Positions 11,689 to 20,923 of a DNA stretch of 64,000 bases are shown here, piece after piece. The stretch spans positions 2,383-66,382 of the forward strand of contig JANXRG010000059.1 in the NCBI GenBank assembly GCA_025353105.1. Reading direction: 5' to 3'. The notes under the pieces are model-generated. The model made no database searches. It had not been told where the DNA came from and saw only the letters and a list, made by a program, of their open reading frames with translations. The position numbers were made by a program, and so were the translations under genes. Position 1 is the first letter of the stretch. Each line of letters opens with the position of its first letter. The stretch comes from Verrucomicrobiota bacterium (GTDB taxonomy: Bacteria > Verrucomicrobiota > Verrucomicrobiia > Chthoniobacterales > SZAS-18).

Positions 11689-12680
11689 ACCGATTCTTTT
11701 CGCGCATCGCCTTGCTTGGGGTGGCGGCGCTCTGCGTTTGCCCCGCGATTGCCTGGGGCTGGGGTTCGGAGGGGCACGAGACGATTGGAATGCTGGCCGA
11801 GCGTCAGATCGCCGGGACGCGCGCGGCGGCGGAGGTGAGGAAGTTGTTGCGCTTTGGTGAGACGCTCGCTGTCGTCAGCACCTGGGCCGACCGGGTTAAG
11901 CGCGGCGGCTTTGACGCGGAATCAGATGACTTCATTCTGCGTAATCCCGCGCATCCCTCCTATCACTATACGGACATTCCGTTTCAGGTTGCCGACTACC
12001 GTGCCGGTATGGTGGGCGCGCGTCCGTCGGACCTTGTGCATCTCTACGAACGCTGCATCGCAATCCTCCGCGGGAGGTCGGACGCGAAAAGCAATCCCAC
12101 TGCCATCACACCGCGCGTCGCTTTGCTGCTCGTCGCGCACTTTGCCGGCGACATTGAGCAGCCATTCCACGTCGGGGGCGGCTACATTGCGGAGGTGGAG
12201 GGAGCACCCCGCTTCGTGGACCCGCGGGGGCGTCCGCGCGGCTCCTACCGTTCGGACATTGGCGCGAACGCCCTGATGATCGGCGCGGGCAACCTACACT
12301 ACTACTGGGACATTCTCGCTGTGCAGCGGGCAATGGTGCGTCGCAGCGGGGCACCGGGCGCGCGGGCTTACGCCGATTGGATTGCGGCGAACATCAAGCC
12401 GCAGGCGGCCTGGGACGCGAAGGGTGATGCCTCGTCCTGGCCGGCACAATGGGCCGGATCGGTCCTGCCGCTGGCCCGCGAGGCGCGGGCCGGGCTGCAA
12501 CTTGGTCCGCGCGTGGAGGTCCCGAATCCGAGCCCGCCGCCAATCTATCGCAGCGAATGGACCGTGGCGTTGCCGCCGGATTACGAGCGCCGCGCCATCG
12601 ATGCGGTCGACCTGCAACTCGCGCGTGGTGGATACCGGCTCGCGCGGTTACTGCAGGACATCTGGCCGGAGGCGCGCTAA
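11685..12680 (+). CDS. S1/P1 nuclease
   Basis: Signal peptide then WGSEGH; WAD; HFAGD..QPFH; NLHYYWD; ATGA overlap with the CDF gene. Confidence 0.92.
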   Translation: MNRFFSRIALLGVAALCVCPAIAWGWGSEGHETIGMLAERQIAGTRAAAEVRKLLRFGETLAVVSTWADRVKRGGFDAESDDFILRNPAHPSYHYTDIPFQVADYRAGMVGARPSDLVHLYERCIAILRGRSDAKSNPTAITPRVALLLVAHFAGDIEQPFHVGGGYIAEVEGAPRFVDPRGRPRGSYRSDIGANALMIGAGNLHYYWDILAVQRAMVRRSGAPGARAYADWIAANIKPQAAWDAKGDASSWPAQWAGSVLPLAREARAGLQLGPRVEVPNPSPPPIYRSEWTVALPPDYERRAIDAVDLQLARGGYRLARLLQDIWPEAR

Positions 12681-12710
12681 GCGGGCCCTCGGTCGTCTCA
12701 TTCGTTGCCC

Positions 12711-12986
12711 TTACCGCCCGGCACCGAGCACGCCGCTGTTGCCGAGGTCCGCACCCGACCGGGCATTCCGCATGTCGCCCTGTTCGACATTGCTTTGGCT
12801 CGGCTGGTTCGGATCAACGGTGTAGGTCTTGCGCATATTTGAACCAAGCGACGGTGCGCTCTCGGTATAAGTCTGCTGGCCTTTGGCGCCAGAGCTGGCG
12901 ACCGCGGATGCCGGGGCTGTCGTGCAGCCATTGAGGGCAATGACCGACACGAATGCGGCCGAGAAGAGAGAGACACGTTTGATCAT
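12711..12986 (-). CDS. Small lipoprotein
   Basis: Lipobox ALNGC; 91 aa. Confidence 0.65.
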   Translation of the reverse strand: MIKRVSLFSAAFVSVIALNGCTTAPASAVASSGAKGQQTYTESAPSLGSNMRKTYTVDPNQPSQSNVEQGDMRNARSGADLGNSGVLGAGR

Positions 12987-13049
12987 ATGGGGGGTTTGAA
13001 GGTTCGTGAGAAGCGCCGTGATGACAAGCCAATTTTCGCACTGGTACGG

Positions 13050-13835
13050 TCAGCCTGCGGAGTACGAATGAATGCGAGCGCGCCACCCCGGAAGCCAGCG
13101 TGATTCGCCGCGTTCCGATGGCGAATTCGAGACGCGCTGCGTCAACACGCGGTCCGCGGACGCGGCAAATTCCCGGGTCGCGTCGCGGCCGCGGGGATCG
13201 CCGCGCATGGCCAACAACACTTGCAGCAAGCCCCAACCCTTGCCCTTGTACCGCTCGGTGAGTTTCGTGCCCTCGCCTTTGAAATTCACATAATCCACGA
13301 GCGAGTAGACCCCTCCTGGCGCGCTTAGGACGTCCTCAAATCGTTGCCGCACGGCCGGCCGTTGATCCGCCGGAAGCGACTCGAGCATTAAAGGAAGCGC
13401 CGCTTCGAGGCGCATCGCGGCGAAGCGCGCCTGTGGGGCAACCGAGTGCGCCAGCAGCGCCCGCAACTCGATCAGCCGCGCGCCTTGGAAGTCCGCCAGA
13501 AACGCCTCGCGGCTTGGCCACGGGCACGGAACATCGGCTCGGAGCCAACCGGGCAGGACGATGCCGATTTTGCTAAAATACGCGATGAGCCGCGGAAAGC
13601 TCTCTTCAAATGGTCCGCGCCGACCAGCGGGATACCAGATGAAATGCCCGATGCCGAGCGAGGCAAAGTCCTCGCCCTGGTTCCACGAAGTGAGGCCGTC
13701 GACCCGGCCGCCGCATTCGTTCTGCCAAAGGCGCTTTCCCGCCTCGAAAGCCTGCGGGTCGCTGATCGTGACCGCCGCGGCAACCTGACCCGAGCACAGG
13801 GCTAATAAAACTTTCAGCGCAATTAATTGTCTCAT
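13050..13835 (-). CDS. Secreted conserved hypothetical protein (possible lysozyme-like fold)
   Basis: Signal peptide; WQNE, WNQGEDFASLGIGHFIW, DYVNFKGEG, WGLLQVL. Confidence 0.75.
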   Translation of the reverse strand: MRQLIALKVLLALCSGQVAAAVTISDPQAFEAGKRLWQNECGGRVDGLTSWNQGEDFASLGIGHFIWYPAGRRGPFEESFPRLIAYFSKIGIVLPGWLRADVPCPWPSREAFLADFQGARLIELRALLAHSVAPQARFAAMRLEAALPLMLESLPADQRPAVRQRFEDVLSAPGGVYSLVDYVNFKGEGTKLTERYKGKGWGLLQVLLAMRGDPRGRDATREFAASADRVLTQRVSNSPSERGESRWLPGWRARIHSYSAG

Positions 13836-13842
13836 GGGTTGG

Positions 13843-14319
13843 CTAATTTCCGGGTGCGATTTCCGTCTTCGCCTTGTGGTCGAGCGTGACCTCTCCAATC
13901 AGCATCTCTTTATCCACTGCCTTGCACATGTCATAAATGGTCAGCGCGGCGGTCGCTACGCCCGTGAGCGCCTCCATCTCCGCGCCGGTGCGGCCAACCG
14001 TGCGAACTTCGCAGCGAATCGCGATTCCGGTTTCGCCCACGTCAAAATCGATTCCCACAAAATCCAGCACCAGCGGGTGACATAACGGGATCAGTTCGGC
14101 CGTTTTCTTGGCGGCTTGGATGCCGGCGATGCGCGCCGTCCCGAGCACGTTGCCCTTCCCGATTTGGTTCGACTCGATCAGCGCGAGCGTTTCCGCCTGC
14201 AGCCGAATTGCGCCCGAGGCGACCGCGACGCGCGCCGAGATCGGCTTCGCCGACACGTCGACCATCCGGGCGGTGCCATCGGCGTCGAGATGCGAGAAGG
14301 CGGGGGTGGAATTCGACAT
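13843..14319 (-). CDS. moaC: Cyclic pyranopterin monophosphate synthase
   Basis: MVDVSAK, LIPLCH, TGAEMEAL, YDMCKAVD. Confidence 0.96.
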   Translation of the reverse strand: MSNSTPAFSHLDADGTARMVDVSAKPISARVAVASGAIRLQAETLALIESNQIGKGNVLGTARIAGIQAAKKTAELIPLCHPLVLDFVGIDFDVGETGIAIRCEVRTVGRTGAEMEALTGVATAALTIYDMCKAVDKEMLIGEVTLDHKAKTEIAPGN

Positions 14320-14363
14320 CGCGGATCCGGGCTGGTTCAATGGTCGCGGCAGAACGCGCGATT

Positions 14364-15812
14364 TCAAGCCGGGAGGAGCACGCCCGCCAGCGCCGCGTTG
14401 AGCAGGGTCGCGACAAATCCCACAAACAGCGCGCGGCCGCCCATCCGCGCGAGATCGTGGCGGCGATCCGGCGCCAGCGCGCCGATGCCGCCCAGCTGGA
14501 TGCCGACGGAGGCAAAATTGGCAAAGCCCGTCAGCGCGAATGCGGCGAGGGTGTACGAGCGATTGCTCATAAAATTCGGGATTTCCTTCCATCCTTTGAG
14601 TTGCAGATAGGCGTAGTGCTCGTTGATCGAGAGTTTGGATCCGAGCAGTCCGGCCACCTTGTGCACGTCGGTTGGTTCCACGCCCATGAGGAATGCGGCC
14701 GGCGAGAACAGCCAGCCGAACACCTTGCCGAGCGACAAGTCATCGGGCCAGCTGCTGAGTGATTCCGCCCCGATCCCAACCCAAATCAGCGACGGTTTGA
14801 TGCCGGCGAGGATCGCATCGAACATCGCCACGAAAGCGATGAAGACAATGAGCATCGCCGCGACATTGAGGGCGAGACGCAGGCCGTCCGTCGTCCCGGA
14901 CGCCGCCGCGTCGATGGCATTCACAAACGGCGACTTTTCCGCCTTCATTTCCACCGTGCCGCCGGTCTCGGGAGTCGACAATTCCGGCAGGCACAACTTG
15001 GCGAGATACAGACTGCCCGGACTGGCCATCACGCACGTCGTCAGGACCGCGACGGCATTGGCCCCGTAGTTGATGTAGACAACCATCATGCCGCCGGAGA
15101 TGTGGGCGAAGCCACTGACCATGAGGGCGAATAATTCCGAATTCGTCATGCGCGGCACGTACGGCCGGACGATCAGCGGAGCCTCGGTCTGGCCCATGAA
15201 GACATTGGCCGAGACCGACAACGTTTCCGCACCGCTGGTGCCCATGAGGTAAACCATCACGCGCGCCAGCAGGCGCACGCACCACTGCACGATGCCGAAA
15301 TGGTAAAGCACCGTGAAGAACGCGGAGACGAACAGAATCGGGGGGAGCGCGATGAACGCGAACTGAAACATGTAATTCGTGCCAAAGAGCGCCGACCACG
15401 TGCCGCCGGCGGCCGGCGGGCGGGCGTCGGAGAGATTGCCGAAGACAAAGCGCGCGCCGGCGTCGGAAAAGCTGATGAATTGTTTCACCACGCTTCCGAT
15501 CGCCTCGAAAGCGCGGTACACGGCTGGCACTTTGAGCACGAGCAACGCGAGGACGAGTTGAATCGCGAATCCCCAGACGATGGTGCGCCAGTTCACGGCG
15601 CGCAGGTTCGCGGAGAAGAGGGCCACGATGCCGAAAAAGCAGAAGACCCCGGCGAGCGCCTGACCACGGACACCGACCACCGGCTGCAATAAATAGGCGA
15701 TTCCGCCCACCGCGACGATCCCCCCTCCAATGGCGAGGCGCCAGGAGAGTGGCGTGGGCGCGATCACACGCTCGGCCTGCGGCACGGGAGGAGAGGGTGC
15801 GTCGGTGCTCAT
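14364..15812 (-). CDS. nupC: Concentrative Na+/H+ nucleoside transporter (CNT/NupC family)
   Basis: VNWRTIVWG, GTSGAE, FMGQTEAPL, INE, LTGFANFAS. Confidence 0.92.
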   Translation of the reverse strand: MSTDAPSPPVPQAERVIAPTPLSWRLAIGGGIVAVGGIAYLLQPVVGVRGQALAGVFCFFGIVALFSANLRAVNWRTIVWGFAIQLVLALLVLKVPAVYRAFEAIGSVVKQFISFSDAGARFVFGNLSDARPPAAGGTWSALFGTNYMFQFAFIALPPILFVSAFFTVLYHFGIVQWCVRLLARVMVYLMGTSGAETLSVSANVFMGQTEAPLIVRPYVPRMTNSELFALMVSGFAHISGGMMVVYINYGANAVAVLTTCVMASPGSLYLAKLCLPELSTPETGGTVEMKAEKSPFVNAIDAAASGTTDGLRLALNVAAMLIVFIAFVAMFDAILAGIKPSLIWVGIGAESLSSWPDDLSLGKVFGWLFSPAAFLMGVEPTDVHKVAGLLGSKLSINEHYAYLQLKGWKEIPNFMSNRSYTLAAFALTGFANFASVGIQLGGIGALAPDRRHDLARMGGRALFVGFVATLLNAALAGVLLPA

Positions 15813-15867
15813 GAGACAGGAGGTCCCGTCCGCCGGGAAGCGCGTAGCATGCGCGAATCGCACGCCG

Positions 15868-17097
15868 CTATCCAACAGAAATCCGGTCGGCTTTGGCCGA
15901 CGTCTTCCGTCGCGGTGGACGCGTCCCGGCCCACACCGCCGTGGCCACCACCACGAGGCCGATCAGTGCGAGGACGGAAGCCTCCCAGATGCTCAACGGG
16001 GCGGCAAAGCGCGTCGCTGCGAGGCTGGAAACCGCGGCGAGTCCGCCGAAATAAAAGCCAAGCCCGAGTCCGCCACGCCCGCCCGGCACCCGCCCCAGGG
16101 CAAGCGGGAAGACGCCGTTTGCCACGAGACTGAACGCCGCCAGCAGGGCCAGCGCACCGAGCAGCGCCGAGGCCGTCGAATGTATGAACCACGCCAGCGC
16201 CGCGACGAGCGCGGCCGTCAATCCCGCCCCGATGAGCATCGTGCGCTCGTTGCCGAATCGGCTCGCAATCAGGCCGGCAGCAAGCGCGGCGAGCGCGAAA
16301 AAAATGAACGCAACCGCCATGAGCCGTTCGGGTCCGGGCCAGTCGGGGGGCAGGCGTCGGAGCACGGTCGGCAGCAGTTTGCCGAAGATCGCGAAGGTCG
16401 CGAGCGACATGCCGGCGCCGGCAGCCGCAAGCGTGACGAGCGGCCCGATCAGCGACGCCGGAAGGGCGCGCGCGGGCGCTTCCGCCGCAGGGGTCGCGCG
16501 ATCGATGAACCAAACGGCCCCGCAGGCGAGCAACAGCACGAGCGAGCCTATCCCAAAGCAGATCACCGGTCCGAGTGTGAGCATGAATTCTCGCGCCCCG
16601 GGTCGTAGCGCCGCGACCCCGCCGCCGATCAACGTCAGGATGCTGGCGGCCCGCGGCAAATTGGGCGCGGTGGAGTAGCGGCCAAGCAACGCGAGCGCCG
16701 GAGTTCGAAACACGGTCATCGCAATCGCCCAAACGACGACGAGGGCCAGAAACATCGCGCGACCGGCGTCGGTCTTCGCGATCGGAGTCAGCACGGCGAG
16801 CGGCGTCGCGATGAAGAGCGTCGCCGCGAGCAACACGCCGGCGACGATGAACGGTAGGCGCGTCCCGCTGCGTCGAAATGATTGGTCGGACAAAAAGCCG
16901 AACAGCGGCTCCAGGAAGATGGCGAGCAAGTTCTCGATCGCGAGAAGCGTGACGGCGAGGCCCGCCGCGAGCCCGAGCGAGCCAAGGAGCTGCGGCAGAT
17001 AGAGCGCGTAAACGATCCAGCTCAACCCAATCGAGCCATGCAGCAGCGCAAGGCAAGCCACCTGGCTCCAGCGCACGGCGGGTGGATCGGCGGACAT
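15868..17097 (-). CDS. MFS transporter
   Basis: About 12 TM segments; G.LSD motif, R.PFI. Confidence 0.85.
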   Translation of the reverse strand: MSADPPAVRWSQVACLALLHGSIGLSWIVYALYLPQLLGSLGLAAGLAVTLLAIENLLAIFLEPLFGFLSDQSFRRSGTRLPFIVAGVLLAATLFIATPLAVLTPIAKTDAGRAMFLALVVVWAIAMTVFRTPALALLGRYSTAPNLPRAASILTLIGGGVAALRPGAREFMLTLGPVICFGIGSLVLLLACGAVWFIDRATPAAEAPARALPASLIGPLVTLAAAGAGMSLATFAIFGKLLPTVLRRLPPDWPGPERLMAVAFIFFALAALAAGLIASRFGNERTMLIGAGLTAALVAALAWFIHSTASALLGALALLAAFSLVANGVFPLALGRVPGGRGGLGLGFYFGGLAAVSSLAATRFAAPLSIWEASVLALIGLVVVATAVWAGTRPPRRKTSAKADRISVG

Positions 17098-17136
17098 GAC
17101 GGGCAGTTTGGCGGGTTCGCCCGCAGCCGGGCAAGC

Positions 17137-18147
17137 TCAGCCACCGATCGCGACCATTTTGCGATTCGGCTGGTAGTTTTCGCGGAAGTCGTGTTGCTGC
17201 GGCTTGCGGTCGACGACGTCGCGGAAAAACTGCGCGAGGACCTCGTCGCTGGCGCCTGCGCGCAGCGGCTCGCGGATGTCGAACTCGAGATAACTGCCAA
17301 GGCACGGCCGGAGTTTACCCTCGCAGGTCAGGCGCAGCTTGTTGCAGCTCTCGCAGAAATGCAGGTCGGTCATCGCGCCGATGAACCCAATGAGTTGCTC
17401 CGAATTTGGCAGTTGGAAATAGAGCGCCGGACCGTTCGTCTTGAAATCAGGGCGCGCGGTGAGCGGACCGGTGGAGCGCTCGATGAGGCGGCGGGCCTCG
17501 GCGATCGGGAGAAAGTTCTCCTCGGTGAGAACGTCGGTGGTGCTGACGGGCATGAGTTCGATGAAGCGCAGGAGGTAGCCATGCTCGCCGGCATAATGGA
17601 TCAGCGCCGGCAGTTGGTCTTCATTGCGTCCGCGCATCAACACGCAATTGAGCTTGATGCTTTCAAAGCCCGCCGCTCGCGCCGCGTCCAGGCCCGCGAG
17701 AGTCTGCGCCAGGAAATCGCGGCCGGTAATCGCCGTGTACTGCGCCGCGTCGAGCGTATCGAGCGAAATGTTGACCGTTCGCACGCCGTAGTGCCGCAAC
17801 GCCGCCGCCATCGTCATGCGCCGGCCAGCGACGTCGACAATCCGGGGCAGAAGCGATCCGTTCGTAGAGACGCCCAGATCCCGCAGCGCGGGGATTTCCG
17901 CGAGCAGGCGGAAGAGCTCGAGCACGTTCGAGCGCGTCAGCGGCTCGCCGCCAGTCACGCGCAATTTCGTGACGCCGAGCGTCGTGGCGACCCGCACGAG
18001 CCGGGCGATTTCCTCGTAGCGGAGAATTTCCGCGCGGGGCAGCCATTCCTGGAGCTCCTGCGGCATGCAATAGACGCAGCGCTCATTGCAGCGGTCGGTC
18101 ACCGAGACGCGCAGGTATGATATCCGATGGCCGAAACGGTCCTCCAT
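17137..18147 (-). CDS. moaA: GTP 3',8-cyclase (radical SAM)
   Basis: YLRVSVTDRCNERCVYC, TGGEP, FCESCNKLR, C-terminal IGG. Confidence 0.97.
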   Translation of the reverse strand: MEDRFGHRISYLRVSVTDRCNERCVYCMPQELQEWLPRAEILRYEEIARLVRVATTLGVTKLRVTGGEPLTRSNVLELFRLLAEIPALRDLGVSTNGSLLPRIVDVAGRRMTMAAALRHYGVRTVNISLDTLDAAQYTAITGRDFLAQTLAGLDAARAAGFESIKLNCVLMRGRNEDQLPALIHYAGEHGYLLRFIELMPVSTTDVLTEENFLPIAEARRLIERSTGPLTARPDFKTNGPALYFQLPNSEQLIGFIGAMTDLHFCESCNKLRLTCEGKLRPCLGSYLEFDIREPLRAGASDEVLAQFFRDVVDRKPQQHDFRENYQPNRKMVAIGG

Positions 18148-18160
18148 GACCCTATCTAGA

Positions 18161-18284
18161 GGCCGGGAGCCAACCGAGCAAGTTGGGATCGCATTGCCGA
18201 CCCGCATTCCTTCGAATGGTTTCCTCAGCGAATGCGTCTAAACCCTGCTACTTTTGTCGCTAGCTTAGGTTTAACCGAGTCCCC
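18161..18284 (-). ncRNA. Candidate Moco-type riboswitch-like structured leader of moaA
   Basis: Four abutting hairpins, a CCUAAG/CAGGG receptor-like internal loop, a GAAA loop, and CUCCCG just before the translation start region. Confidence 0.55.
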
Positions 18285-18288
18285 ACTC

Positions 18289-18780
18289 ATGAAAACGCCG
18301 CCCGTCCTCCGCGCCTTGGCGCTGCCCGCCCTGGCGATTGCGCTGCTGGCTTTGCCGGCTTGTTCGACCCCGCAGACACGTGCCCAGGACAATCCTGCCA
18401 TCATGCAGAGCCTGTCGCCGTCCGACCGTGTGATCGTGCTGAACCACCGCATCCGGGTCGGGTTGAGCAAACCAGGGGTCTTTATCGCGTTCGGCCGGCC
18501 CGATCGCATTTTCCGCGGGGCGAACCAGGCGGGCGCGCTTGAGGCATGGATTTATACGACAACCGAATACGTGTATGCCGGTGGCTTTGCGGCTTTCCCG
18601 ACGCCCATCTACTCTCCCGACGTGTTTTGGGCGCGAGGCCGAGGCCGGTTCGCCTTCCGCGGCGCCTACGGGGGTTATTCCGGTTTCTATTATTCGCCCT
18701 ACGTCGGCGTGCAGGTGCCGAGTCGCCGCGTGATGTTCCAGCAGGGCCGCGTCGTCGCGTTTGAGGAACTGCCGTACTAG
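18289..18780 (+). CDS. Lipoprotein, hypothetical
   Basis: Lipobox LPAC; IRVGLSK..V.IAFGRPD ... E.WIY (BamE/SmpA-like pattern). Confidence 0.75.
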   Translation: MKTPPVLRALALPALAIALLALPACSTPQTRAQDNPAIMQSLSPSDRVIVLNHRIRVGLSKPGVFIAFGRPDRIFRGANQAGALEAWIYTTTEYVYAGGFAAFPTPIYSPDVFWARGRGRFAFRGAYGGYSGFYYSPYVGVQVPSRRVMFQQGRVVAFEELPY

Positions 18781-18793
18781 CCACGCGCCGGCG

Positions 18794-19267
18794 TCAGGCT
18801 GCGGCGTCCACCGTGGCGGCGCTCTTCGGACGTTTTCCGCGCGGCGCCCGCGCTCCGTGTGTGGCTGCCACGAATTTCGCGAGGCTCGTCTGATTGAGCT
18901 CGTGTTCGAGGGCGGTCTGGGCCGAGGTAAAAATGCGGTTGAGCACCGCCTCCATCTGCGCGCCGACCGGGCATTTCAGGTTGGGCCGCGCCCGCGGACG
19001 ATTCAAAGGCTCGGCGGTCTCCACCGCGCGATAAACATCGCCGAGTGAAATTCGATCCGGCGGTTGCGCGAGCCGAGCTCCACCGTGCGGTCCCTTTTGC
19101 GTTTGCACGAGCCCGGCCTGGTTCAACGCGCAAAGCAGGCGGCGCACAACCACGGGATTCGTGTTCGTGCTCGCGGAGATATCGGACGACGTCAGGCTCC
19201 GCCCGTCGGAATGCGCGAGCAGCAAAAGCGTGTGCACGCCCATGGCAAAACGACAACTGGCTGGCAT
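18794..19267 (-). CDS. Rrf2 family transcriptional regulator
   Basis: RFA.GVH.L, TNPVVVRR, G.HGG..LA, ISLGDVYRAVE, CPVG. Confidence 0.92.
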   Translation of the reverse strand: MPASCRFAMGVHTLLLLAHSDGRSLTSSDISASTNTNPVVVRRLLCALNQAGLVQTQKGPHGGARLAQPPDRISLGDVYRAVETAEPLNRPRARPNLKCPVGAQMEAVLNRIFTSAQTALEHELNQTSLAKFVAATHGARAPRGKRPKSAATVDAAA

Positions 19268-19373
19268 GCCGATACTGTAACCCAGATCAATCGCGTCGAA
19301 AGGCGCGAGTTGGATGGGGTCCACGACGGGGTCGACGGTCGACAGCCGTGCGAATCCAAGCTTTCATGGTTGC

Positions 19374-20843
19374 ATGTCGTATCGCTCGTTTTCCGAATTC
19401 GTCGCCGCGCTCGATCAGGCGGGCGAACTGCGTCGCATCGTGGAGCCGGTCGCGACGGAGCTGGAGATCACCGCGATCGCCGACCGGGAAATGAAGTCTC
19501 CGGGCGGGGGCAAGGCGTTGCTCTTTGAACAGCCGACGATCGCGGGGAAGACGTCACGATTTCCGCTCGCGATCAACACGATGGGATCCAAGCGGCGTAT
19601 GGCGATCGCGCTGAAGGTGAACGACGTCGAGGATCTCGCGCAGGAGATGCAGTTGATTCTGAAGGCGAAGCCCCCGACGAATCTCCGGCAGGGCTGGGAG
19701 CTCTTGAAGCAGGGCGTGAATCTGCTGCACGCGCGGCCCAAGCACGTCAGCGGCGGCGCGTGCAAGGACGTGGTGCAAATTTTGCGCGAGGGCGAGTCGG
19801 CGGGGCTCACTCTCGCCGATCTACCCGTGCTGCAATGCTGGCCGAAGGATGGCGGGCGCTTCGTCACGCTGCCGAACGTGCACACCCGTGATCCCGACAC
19901 CGGCGAACGCAACGTCGGCATGTACCGCATGCAGGTGTACGATGACCGCTCGACCGGCATGCACTGGCAGGTGCACAAGGTCGGGGCGCGGCACGGCAAG
20001 CGTTACTACGAACGCGGCGAGCGGATGCCGGTGGCCGTGACGTTGGGTGGCGATCCGGCGTACACGTTTGCGGCCACCGCGCCGCTGCCCGATGGCCTCG
20101 ACGAGATTTTATTCGCCGGATTCTGCCGGAAGAAATCCGTCGAGCTGGTGAAGTGCGAGACGATCGACCTCGAAGTGCCGGCCGACGTGGACTTCGTGCT
20201 CGAGGGTTATGTGCAGCCGGGCGAACTGCGCGCGGAGGGTCCGTTCGGTGACCACACGGGGTATTACACTCCGGTGGACGACTATCCGGTCTTCCACCTC
20301 ACGGCGATCACGCACCGCAAAGATGCGATTTATCCGGCAACCATCGTGGGCATTCCGCCGATGGAGGACTTCTACATGGGCACCGCGAGCGTGCGCGTGT
20401 TCCTACCGGTCTTCCGGATGAATTTTCCGGAAATCGTCGATCTCGCGCTGCCGGCGGAGGGCGTCTTCCACAACCTGGTTTTCGTCAGCATTCGCAAACA
20501 ATACCCGTGGCAGGCCTACAAGATCATGCATGGCCTGTGGGGCATGGGGCAGATGATGTTCAGCAAGTACATCGTGGTGGTGGACGAGGACTGCGACGTG
20601 CACAACACGAGCGACGTGCTCTTCCGGCTCTGCGCCAACACGGATCCGCAACGCGACAGCACGTTCATCAAGAGCCCTTGCGACTCGCTGGATCACGCGC
20701 CGACGCTACCCAACATCGGCACGCACATGGGCTTCGACGCGACGCGAAAGCTTCCGGGCGAGGGCTACCATCGCGGCTGGCCCGAACTCGTGAAAATGGA
20801 CGCCGAAACGTTGAAACGCATCGAGCGGCTGTTTGGGAGCTAA
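19374..20843 (+). CDS. UbiD family decarboxylase (menaquinone/futalosine-pathway type)
   Basis: WPKDGGRF, NVGMYR, EGPFGDHTGYY, VG.PPMED, GQMMFSK. Confidence 0.93.
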   Translation: MSYRSFSEFVAALDQAGELRRIVEPVATELEITAIADREMKSPGGGKALLFEQPTIAGKTSRFPLAINTMGSKRRMAIALKVNDVEDLAQEMQLILKAKPPTNLRQGWELLKQGVNLLHARPKHVSGGACKDVVQILREGESAGLTLADLPVLQCWPKDGGRFVTLPNVHTRDPDTGERNVGMYRMQVYDDRSTGMHWQVHKVGARHGKRYYERGERMPVAVTLGGDPAYTFAATAPLPDGLDEILFAGFCRKKSVELVKCETIDLEVPADVDFVLEGYVQPGELRAEGPFGDHTGYYTPVDDYPVFHLTAITHRKDAIYPATIVGIPPMEDFYMGTASVRVFLPVFRMNFPEIVDLALPAEGVFHNLVFVSIRKQYPWQAYKIMHGLWGMGQMMFSKYIVVVDEDCDVHNTSDVLFRLCANTDPQRDSTFIKSPCDSLDHAPTLPNIGTHMGFDATRKLPGEGYHRGWPELVKMDAETLKRIERLFGS

Positions 20844-20923
20844 CGCGGAGCCGGGTCGGCGCGGCCGGATGAATTCACGGCAAACGATGGACGACCGCGA
20901 TGGATGTCCTACATTCGCCCGCC

